The notes beneath the pieces are model-generated. The model was not told the DNA's origin. It saw nothing but the letters and a program-made list of their open reading frames with translations, and did not search any database. Below are positions 21,691 through 30,397 of a DNA stretch of 30,397 nucleotides, one piece after another (position 1 is the stretch's first letter; the number at the start of each line of letters is the position of its first letter). This DNA is from Octopus sinensis. Lineage: Eukaryota. The DNA lies in the NCBI RefSeq assembly GCF_006345805.1, contig NW_021832618.1:1-30397 (forward strand), in the 5' to 3' direction. The position numbers and the translations under genes were made by a program.

Positions 21691-23262
21691 GGTAAACAGT
21701 AAAATTAATTACAGACATGACAAGAACATGAAACACCACAAGACGACACAAGAACACAGGACGGACATTCGAAGCCCTCAGTCATCAGTCAATACCAGAT
21801 CATCTTAGCATTTCGGCTGATTAATCTTGGAGTTGTTCTCCGATATGGCCAGCCCGCCAAGGGAAATCTAAGCCAAGCGCATTAGATCCCCTGGAAGAAA
21901 GCTTCGAATGTATACAACGAAAGGCGGAAACGATCGAAGTACACAACAAGAAAGAAAACAAAAAAAACAAAAATACAGACTACGTGACACCATAAAAATA
22001 CAAAAACGTAAAAACAATAACGGTAAAAATAAAAAATAAACAACAAAACAAAACCAGGACGTAGGACAAGGTCTTTCGACAGGACGATTTGAGTAGGGGC
22101 TGGCTTGTGAAGTGTGGCCTAAAGGCCACGGGGAGACGAACAAATACGTGTTGCTTCTGAGGCTGCTGAAAACGAAAAGAGCGCTCAACAGCGGCTAGCT
22201 GTCACGTGAGAACAAAAGACAGGAGAAAGGGACAGATGAAAAGGGAGAGAAGGTGGACGAGGGAGGAGAAGAAAGAGACAGATCGAGGGGGCTGAGTGAG
22301 AGAGATAGAGAAACGTAGAAAAGGGGGGGGTACGGATGGAGAGGGAAAGAAAGAAGTGGAATAAGGGAGGAGAGAGAGAGAGAAAAGAGACAGATTAAGA
22401 GTCGTATCAAGCTTGAGAAAAAAATATACTTATCGTATAAGGACAATTTGTGATACGTAGCCGCCGATTATATAGGTAAACAGTAAAATTAATTACAGAC
22501 ATGGACAAGACATGAAACACCACAGAGACGACACAAGAACCCAGGACGGGACATTCGAAGCCCTCAGTCATCAGTCAAGAACCAGAATCATCTTAGCAAT
22601 TTCGGCTGATAATCTTGAGATTGCTCCGATATGGCCAGCCCGCCAAGGGAAATCTAAGCAAGCGCATTAGATCCCCTGGAAGAAAGCTTCGAATGTATAC
22701 AACGAAAGGACGGAAAACGATCGAAGTACACAAACAAATACAGAATACGTGACACCAATAAGAATACAAAAACGTAAAAACAATAACGGTAAAAATAAAA
22801 AATAAACAACAAAACAAAACCAGGACGTGGGACAAGGGTCTTTCGACAGACGATTTGAGTAGGGGCTGGCTTGTGAAGTTGTGCCTAAAGGCCACGGGGA
22901 CGAACAAATACGTGTTGCTTCTGAGGCTGCTGAAAACGAAAAGAGCGCTCAACAGCGGCTAGCTGTCACGTGAGAACAAAAGACAGAGAAAGGGACAGAT
23001 GAAAAGGAGAGAAGGTGGACGAGGGAGGAAGAAAGAGACAGATCGAGGGGGGAGGTGAGAGAGATAGAGAAACGTAGAAAAGGGGGGGACGATGGAGAGG
23101 GAAGAAAGGAAGTGGAATAAGGGAGGAGAGAGAGAGAGAGAAAAAGAGACAGATTAAGAGTCGTATCAAAGCTTGAGAAAAAAATATACTTATCGTATAA
23201 GGACAATTGTGGATACGTAGCCGCCGATTATATAGGAAACAGTAAAATTAATTACAGACATG
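21691..23262. repeat. Tandem repeat: 784-bp unit + 760-bp unit + 28-bp partial third copy, flanked by (TA)n
   Basis: GG(T)AAACAGTAAAATTAATTACAGACATG starts at 21691, 22475 and 23235. Copies are highly similar. Each contains a ~200-bp GA-rich block. Confidence 0.95.
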
Positions 23263-23365
23263 ATATATATTATATATATAATATATATATATTACATACA
23301 CATACATATATATATATATACGTTACGCTTATGAATGTGAAATGGTGTGTTGAAACAGATTTTGT

Positions 23366-23600
23366 TATATTTCGGGATGGTCTCCTCCTGTTCTATTTAG
23401 CCCATTCTCTGAGAACGGACTAAAGAGAATAAGAGGAGACACGTGGAATGGAAGAGTCGCTGAAGAGGTCACGGATGTGTGAAGAAAGCTTTCCAGACAA
23501 TGGACATAAGATAAAATAAGAACAATAACAAGCGAGTGAAGAACGAATATATAGAGCGTGTACTTATTTGGTAAGAAAAAAGTGGCCGTCCCGAAATATA
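23366..23600. mobile_element. MITE with 15-bp terminal inverted repeats and TA flanks (Tc1/mariner-like)
   Basis: TA-TATTTCGGGATGGTC (23366-23382) and GGCCGTCCCGAAATA-TA (23584-23600), two mismatches. Non-coding interior. Confidence 0.6.
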
Positions 23601-24060
23601 AGAATACATTTATATATATATATATATATGCATACACTTATTAATTCTAAATTTTGGATTATGTGTGTAAGTGTGTATAATATGTAAATACTTTTAAATG
23701 TATTGATAGAAAAATGCGCGCGTGTGTATGGATACATGCAGCCTAATCTGACACGAACATGTAAACTTCATAAAATACAGACACAAATATACCAAAATAA
23801 TGCGATACATATATTAAATGTACAATAGTACACAAGAATCACACAGATTCACAGACCATATTTCATAAATCCCAAACTGCAATGCTACTAATCTATTTCT
23901 TTTATCATTTTACATCTTAAATACATAAATAATAAAACAATCGTTTTTATTATTCTGTATATATATATTTATATATTGTCCTTTCATTCGTTCCTTTTTT
24001 TCTTTCGTCTTCTTTGCCCATATTCTTCTCACATCCTTCAGTTCGCACAGTCCTCACTAT

Positions 24061-24750
24061 GAAGTGGCTGTGTGGTAAGTAGCTTGCTTACCAACCACAG
24101 GGCTCAGGGCTCAGTCCCACTGCGTGGCATCTTGGGAAAGTGTCTTCTGCTATAGCCTCAGACCGACCAAAGCCTTATGAGTGGATTTGGTAGACGGAAA
24201 CTGAAAGAAACCTGTCGTATATATGTATATTTATATATTAGGTGTGTGTATATGTTTGTGTGTCTGTGAATTGGCTGACGGAAACTGAAAGAAGTTCGTC
24301 TTTCATATATATATATACATATATATAAGAATTCTTTGCGTAATAAGATAAAATACCAAGGCTGTATAAATATTAGAGTATAATATCTATCTATAAATGT
24401 TCTAATATCTATACAGCCTTGGTTTTTTTTCTTATTACGCAAAAAATTCTTATATACACACGCTGACATAGAACATATATATATATATATATGTATGTAA
24501 GCAAGCATGTATGTATGTATGTATGTATGTATGTATGTATGTATATGTTTGTGTGTCTGTGTTCGTCCCCCCAACATCGCTTGACAACCGATGCTGGTGT
24601 ATTTACATCACCGTAACTTAGCGGTTCGACAAAATACACCGATAGAATAAGTACTAGGCTTACAAAGAATAAATCCTGGGGTCGATTTGCACGACTAAAG
24701 GCGGTGTTGCAACATGGCCGCAGTCAAATGACTGAAAAAATAAATGAATA
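24061..24750 (+). mobile_element. SINE family A interrupted at 24269-24540
   Basis: Head GAAGTGGCTGTGTGGTAAG and tail CAGTCAAATGACTGAAAAAATAAATGAATA. GTATATGTTTGTGTGTCTGTG is repeated at 24248-24268 and 24541-24561 around the interruption. Confidence 0.85.
24323..24474. repeat. Palindromic (foldback) element, copy 1
   Basis: Arms 24323-24377 and 24401-24455 (ATATAAGAATT.TTTGCGTAATAAGA...CCAAGGCTGTATA.ATATTAGA), plus the unique tail ACACACGCTGACATAGAAC. Confidence 0.9.
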
Positions 24751-24900
24751 TATATATATATAATAGCGAGAATTTGAGGTTATAAGAGATAATGGTGTCA
24801 TTGAGACCCAACAGTGTCAGGTAATGCTGAATAAGTGCTATAGACAGACCATAGTTAAGTTCCAGATTCGGTAATATTGCGAATAAAGGGTTCAACGTTG

Positions 24901-25055
24901 GTTCTGTGTCAGCGTGTGTATATAAGAATTTTTTGCGTAATAAGATAAAAAAAACCAAGGCTGTATAGATATTAGAGCATTTATAGATATATATTATAGT
25001 CTAATATCTATACAGCCTTAGTATTTTATCTTATTACGCAAAAAAATCTTATATG
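24901..25055. repeat. Palindromic (foldback) element, copy 2, inverted relative to copy 1
   Basis: GTTCTGTGTCAGCGTGTGT tail followed by the same palindrome. Its spacer is the reverse complement of the copy-1 spacer with three mismatches. Confidence 0.9.
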
Positions 25056-25100
<45 letters not shown>

Positions 25101-25541
25101 CACATGTGTGTATTATAATTTTTGTGATTTGCTGTTCTGTCTTATTGAGAGTTTTCTTTAAAATAAAAGAATGCATTGTATCCGTGAGAGAGACATATTT
25201 TATTTTAGTGTTAAAAGTTAGGGCGGGCTTTAAAAAAACAGAAAACGTCCCTTGACGTTGTATGTGTGTGTGTGTGTGTGTGTGTGTGACAGTGCACATA
25301 CACGCATGTGAGCGCATGCATACGTTCATACATATACACACATACATACATACATACATTTATATATGTGTATGTGTGTGTGTGTGGGTGTGTGTGCATA
25401 CATGAATACCCGCCTACACATATATGTATGTATGTAAACGTTTAAGCAGATATGACTAGACACACACACACATTTATATATATATATATGCATACGTGTA
25501 GATATATATATATAGAGAGAGAGAGATAGACAGACAGATAG

Positions 25542-25574
<33 letters not shown>

Positions 25575-25632
25575 TTGATAGATAAATATATACATATATA
25601 CATACATACATACATCATACATAGATAATAGC

Positions 25633-25678
<46 letters not shown>

Positions 25679-25989
25679 TCAAAAGGAGTGTTATAATACT
25701 AATCCACATATACAATATATATATATATATATTATATACATAGACATACAAACATACATGCATACATACATACATACATACATACATACATACATTCATA
25801 CATTCATACATACATATACATATATATATATATATAGTGACGTATTTTTGCCATTTCAATATGGCTAACCCCTAAGGGTGGATGCTACTGTAGTTTTTAG
25901 CCCCAGGAGGACACACTCCTCCAGCTGGCCATAGACACACTATCTGTGTCCTGTCAGTATTTGCAAAGGGAAGTCATCCTTCCCGTCTT

Positions 25990-26059
25990 CAACTTATGAT
26001 ACACACGGACTCGTGTTTCGAGGTATTGACCTCTCGTCAGCGTGTGACAATCATAGTTG
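25990..26059 (-). ncRNA. Minimal type I hammerhead ribozyme, copy 1
   Basis: Minus strand: CAACTATGAT-TGT-CACACG-CTGACGA-GAGGT-CAAT-ACCTC-GAAA-C-ACGA-G-TC/CGTGTG-T-ATCAT-A-AGTTG. Complete CUGANGA, GAAA and GUC core. Predicted cleavage between plus 26008 and 26007. Confidence 0.88.
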
Positions 26060-26340
26060 TCGCCGAGAATTAGATCTCCTTCACAAATACTTATACTTTT
26101 TCCAGCGCCCACTGTCGCTGATATTGAAAAAGTGAAACAAACAATGATAAATATCAAAGTGAGTTATATACAGTAGCGGTAACACATCGTGACGTATTTT
26201 TGCCATTTCAATATGGCTAACCCCTAAGGGTGGATTCTACTGTAGTTTTTAGCCCCAGGAGGACACACTCTCCAGCTGGCCATAGACACACTATCTGTGT
26301 CCTGTCAGTATTTGCAAAGGGAAGTCATCCTTCCCGTCTT

Positions 26341-26409
26341 CAACTTATGATACACACGGACTCGAGTTTCGAGGTATGACCTCTCGTCAGCGTGTGACAA
26401 TCATAGTTG
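26341..26409 (-). ncRNA. Minimal type I hammerhead ribozyme, copy 2
   Basis: CACACG-CTGACGA(26390-26384)-GAGGTCATACCTC-GAAA-C-TCGA-G-TC/CGTGTG. Predicted cleavage between 26359 and 26358. Confidence 0.9.
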
Positions 26410-26690
26410 TCGCCGAGAATTAGATCTCCTTCACAAATACTTATACTTTTTCCAGCGCCCACTGTCGCTGATATTGAAAAAGTGAAATCAAACAATGATA
26501 AATATCAAAGTGAGTTATATACAGTAGCGGTAACACATCGTGACGTATTTTTGCCATTTCAATATGGCTAACCCCTAAGGGTGGATGCTACTGTAGTTTT
26601 TAGCCCCAGGAGGACACCTCCTCCAGCTGGCCATAGACACACTATCTGTGTCCTGTCAGTATTTGCAAAGGGAAGTCATCCTTCCGTCTT

Positions 26691-26760
26691 CAACTTATGA
26701 TACACACGGACTCGAGTTTCGAGGTATTGACCTCTCGTCAGCGTGTGACAATCATAGTTG
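26691..26760 (-). ncRNA. Minimal type I hammerhead ribozyme, copy 3
   Basis: CACACG-CTGACGA(26741-26735)-GAGGTCAATACCTC-GAAA-C-TCGA-G-TC/CGTGTG. Predicted cleavage between 26709 and 26708. Confidence 0.9.
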
Positions 26761-26888
26761 TCGCCGAGAATTAGATCTCCTCACAAATACTTATACTTTT
26801 TCCAGCGCCCACTGTCGCTGATATTGAAAAAGTGAAATCAAACAATGATAAATATCAAAGAGTATATATATATATATATATAATATGT

Positions 26889-26920
<32 letters not shown>

Positions 26921-26921
26921 T

Positions 26922-26985
26922 TACGATGGGCCTATTTCAATTTCCGTTTCCCAAATCCACTCACATGGCTTTGGTCGGCCCGAGG
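26922..26985 (-). mobile_element. SINE family A, short internal fragment
   Basis: TTTCCGTTTCCCAAATCCACTCACATGGCTTTGGTCGGCCCGAGG matches positions 250-295. Confidence 0.7.
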
Positions 26986-27413
26986 TAAAATGTACGAACG
27001 CTCTTCAAAAAGTCAGCCATAATATTATAACAGTATAAATTTACATAACAAAGCCGGTCCCAAATTTTGCCAATATTCTACGTTTTGCGAAAGTAACAAG
27101 GAAATTTGAACCGCGTATATTACATAATATCCAGAAACGCATTCTCCATTACAAGCATTCTCCCATACATATTCCTACATATCCACCAGTATTCGTACAC
27201 CCACGCGCTCATTCAATTATGCTATGTATGTATGTATCAATATGTAAACTCGTATGCAAACATACATGTATTCACACACACACACACACACACGCACATA
27301 CAAGTTTTTGTTTACACACGAGAGAAAAGAGTACATGTACTTGCGTTTATATATGATAAATATATCATTTGGTGAATGATATTTGTATACTTGTGTGTGT
27401 CATAATACGCCTC

Positions 27414-27463
<50 letters not shown>

Positions 27464-27465
<2 letters not shown>

Positions 27466-27909
27466 CGCAGGAGTGGCTGTATGGTAGGTAGCTTGATAAC
27501 CAGCCACATGGTTCTGGGTTCAGTCCCACTGCGTGGCATCTTGGGCAATTTTCTTCTGCTATAGCCCCAGGCCGACCAATGCCTTGTGAGTGAATTTGGT
27601 AGACGGAAACTGAAAGAAAGCTGTCGTATATTCATATATATATATATATATATTATATATATTATATATATATAACTATATATATATATATATGTATGTG
27701 TATGTATATACTTGTGTGTCTGTGTGTTGGTCCCTCTAGCATTGCTTGACAACCGATGCTGGTGTGTTTTACGTCCCCGTCACTTAACGGTTCGGCAAAA
27801 GTACTGGGCTTACAAAGAATAAGTCCCGGGGTGGATTTGCTCGACTAAAGGCGGTGCTCCAGCATAGCCGCAGTCGAATGACTGAAACAAGTAAAAGAGT
27901 AAAAGAGTA
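27464..27909 (+). mobile_element. SINE family A, full length
   Basis: GGCGCAGGAGTGGCTGTATGGTAG...GGTTCAGTCCCAC head, internal (TA)n, tail GACTGAAACAAGTAAAAGAGTAAAAGAGTA. Confidence 0.88.
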
Positions 27910-28096
27910 TATATATATATATATTATATATATATATATTATATATATATATATGCATACATACAAACATGCATAATACACACATATATATATACATATA
28001 CATATATAATATATATATATATATATATAAAATGTATACTTTATATAGATATCTTAATAAATTGTCTATGTAAATGTATATTTACACGACTGCAAT

Positions 28097-28177
28097 CTGG
28101 CAGAATCGGTAGCATGACGGGAAAATGCTTAGCGGCATCTCGTCTGTTCAGAGTTCAAATTCCGCCGAAGTCGACTT
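28097..28177 (+). mobile_element. SINE B 5' fragment cut off by the LINE
   Basis: CTGGCAGAATCGGTAGC...GAGTTCAAATTCCGCCGAAGTCGACTT, then an abrupt switch to LINE sequence. Confidence 0.75.
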
Positions 28178-28496
28178 AACTTACCTAACTATCCATATGC
28201 CACCTAACTATCCATATGCCAAAAAGGATGGAAACAATGGGATGGACCACGCATCACCTGCCCCAAAACGGAGGTACGCAGATGTGGTGCGTGCCCAAAA
28301 CACCAACGTGTTGTTGAAAGGGCAGCTGCTGAGCAAGAATCTTTTTTGTGCATGGCACAAAAGATTGTACAGCAGCTAACCTGGCTCCATCAATCATCAA
28401 GCCAGCTCGCAGATGGGACTACCCACAGTTCACAAGACCGCCAACAGCAGATGGACCCAGGTGGACACCACTGGCAACAGCATACACCTCACCTCG

Positions 28497-29018
28497 ATGC
28501 TCCTACTGAACATCAGAGGACTACTAACACACAGTAACAGGACAAAAGTCCCGTTCTTGAGAGACTTTGTTGCATGCAATCAAGCCTTATGCATAACACT
28601 TACGGAAACACACCTGAAACCGGACGTAGCGGATGCGGAATTACACATACCACAGTATGTTGTACTACGGACCGACAGAAAAGAAAGGAGTCATGGAGGA
28701 GTTGCTATGTACATCCGTGAGGACCTCACACCCCAGGTCCTTTTGTCATACTCAAACTCGGTGTGTGACACACTAATTGTACACATAAGGCAACTTGATG
28801 TAGTTGTGTGTGCTACATATCGCCCTCCAGATGCCCCAAGCCATATGGGCAAGTTTGAAGACTGCCTTTTAAAAATAGAAGAAGTTCTAGACACACTAGA
28901 ACAGCACATAAGTGTACTTCTCATGGGAGAGTTCAACCTGCCCAATGTCAGATGGCCCGAGGGCCTTTCTCTCCCAGGAATGACACGATGTGAACGGGGA
29001 CAGGCGAGGCCCTCCTGA
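28497..29018 (+). pseudogene. LINE ORF2 APE endonuclease domain (frameshifts at its 3' end)
   Basis: MLLLNIRGL, LCITLTETHL, RTDRKERSHGGVAMYIRE, CATYRPPD, LLMGEFNLP; then after a shift MEQVILHPTRAGNT. ATG at 28497 is in frame with track ORF 28413..29018. Confidence 0.9.
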
Positions 29019-29714
29019 ACCTCATCAACACCCAGTACATGGAGCAGGTAATACTCCACCCAACCAGGGCAGGTAACACACCTGTCCTCTGCTTCACAAT
29101 AATATGGATCTCATCCATAATGAAAGTGACACCGACACTACTCTCGGATCAACATGGTAGAGCTGACTATGTACGGGCCAAAGGAAAGCATGGACATGCA
29201 GCCTACAAGAAGCTCTCAGAATCTTTCCAGCTTGAACTTCAATAAGGCAACTGGAACAAATTGAGAAAGAGATCCTCAAACAAAACTGGCCTGAATGTCT
29301 CTCCTCGCCGGACATCGACATGAAACTCCAACAATTCATGTCTGTAATGCAAGCCATATGCTACAATATGTCCCAGAGAGAAAGGCCACTGTACACAAGA
29401 ACAAAATCCCCAGAGAGAGGAAAATTTTAATGAGACGGCGTACAAAAATTTCAAATCGCCTAAACAACAAATTGAAAGCAGTAAAAAGTCCCGCCTGAAA
29501 ATAAAACTGTTGGAAATTGAAAATTGTCTGCAACTCTCCCATGAAAAGGAAAGAGCAGACAAAGAAACCTGGGCTATAGACAACATAAAAACTAACCCCA
29601 GAGCTTTCTACGGGTATGCCAAAGAAACAGCTACGGTGCACTGTAGGATAGGGCCACTCCTTGAAAAGGATGGCACACTCACAGGAAAACCAATGAGGGT
29701 AAGTGAAATACTGA

Positions 29715-30397
29715 ATGAACAATTCAAGTGTTTTCACTCCACTCCTTAGGCATTTCCAAATCAGCAATCCAACTGACTTCTTTACCACTGCAGATATAAA
29801 ATCAGAGGCGGCGACGATAAATTACATCGATATAAAGGAAGACGATGTAATAAAAGCTATAGATGAAATGAAAACAGACTCAGCTATTGGCCCCGATGGA
29901 TTCCCGGCAATCCTCCTAAAAGCATGTAAAAGAGTCCTAGCAAGACCACTGCAGTTCCTCTTTCAGAGCTTCCTTGCAGCTGGCAAACTTCCAAGAAAAC
30001 TGAAGGAAGGTAAAATATGCCCTATTCATAAAGGAGGTAGCAGAGCGGAGGCCAAGAACTACAGACCTATCTCTCTCACCTCACACATCAGCAAGGTCAT
30101 GGAACGAATAGTTAGAAGGAACTAATCACCTTCCTTGAAAATGACTTGCTGCCTGACACCCAACATGGTTTCCGACCAGGAAGAAGCTGCTTAACTCAGC
30201 TCCTACAACACTATGACTGGGTGCTGAAACAACTGCTCAACAACTCAAATGTGGAAGTCATATATCTCGACTTTGCAAAGCCTTCGATAAAGTCGATCAT
30301 GGAATGATATGTCACAAACTGCGTGATCTTGGCATAGTTGGAAAACTGGGAGAATGGCTTCATGACTTTCTGAAGAATAGAAGTCAGGTGGTAGCAG
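29715..30397 (+). pseudogene. LINE ORF2 reverse transcriptase domain (N-terminal part, frameshifted)
   Basis: SAIGPDGFPAILLK, PIHKGGSRAEAKNYRPISLTSHISKVMERIV; shift; QHGFRPGRSCLTQLL, IYLDFAK; shift; FDKVDHGMICHKLRDLGIVGKLGEWLHDFLKNRSQ. Confidence 0.93.

Larger units (their letters stand above)
25837..26860 (-). mobile_element. Tandem array of ~351-bp hammerhead-containing units (retrozyme-like / Penelope-associated repeat)
   Basis: GTGACGTATTTTTGCC starts at 25837, 26189 and 26540 (352- and 351-bp units; third copy partial to 26860). One minus-strand hammerhead per unit. (TA)n on both sides. No transposase or RT coding. Confidence 0.9.
28183..30397 (+). mobile_element. CR1-like non-LTR retrotransposon, 5'-truncated, continuing beyond the window
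   Basis: Probable ORF1 C-terminus (~28190-28537, frameshifted) overlapping an ORF2 with APE endonuclease and then RT. GC content is clearly higher than the flanks. Confidence 0.93.

Noticed and set aside
21760-21788. CTGATGA...CGAA...GTC in the 784/760-bp repeat as an active hammerhead
   Set aside because: GAAT instead of GAAA and no pairable stem I or II in either copy. Kept only as a hint in the finding on that repeat.
25954-26157. 67-aa minus-strand ORF through the ribozyme, and rolling-circle translation of a 351-nt circle
   Set aside because: It starts at TTG, has an in-frame stop, is disrupted by indels in other units and has no recognisable domain.
25837-26860. CRISPR array interpretation of the tandem repeats (also 19324-19873)
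   Set aside because: The units are 184-352 bp full-length repeats with no unique spacers, no cas genes, and a eukaryotic context.

Overview
AT-rich, microsatellite-dense eukaryotic DNA with no recognisable host exon. I infer an octopod cephalopod from the recalled repeat families; this was not checked against a database. The window is a patchwork of three tRNA-derived SINE families (called A, B and C here), LINE fragments (CR1-like, RTE-like, possibly Tx1-like), a MITE and long palindromes. It ends in a 5'-truncated CR1-like LINE (APE endonuclease plus RT) that runs off the right edge. The main find is a head-to-tail array of about 2.9 copies of a ~351-bp unit (25837-26860) flanked by (TA)n. 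Each copy carries an intact minimal type I hammerhead ribozyme on the minus strand, and two of the three have a palindromic stem III. This is the architecture of a non-LTR retrozyme or Penelope-associated repeat, and it predicts self-cleaved 350-351-nt RNAs that could circularise. Further decayed hammerhead-like motifs, a second TA-embedded tandem repeat (784/760 bp), foldback palindromes and a SINE forming fixed-junction 184-bp multimers are reported separately. All alignments, folds and translations outside the supplied ORF track were done by eye; boundaries are approximate unless exact strings are quoted.
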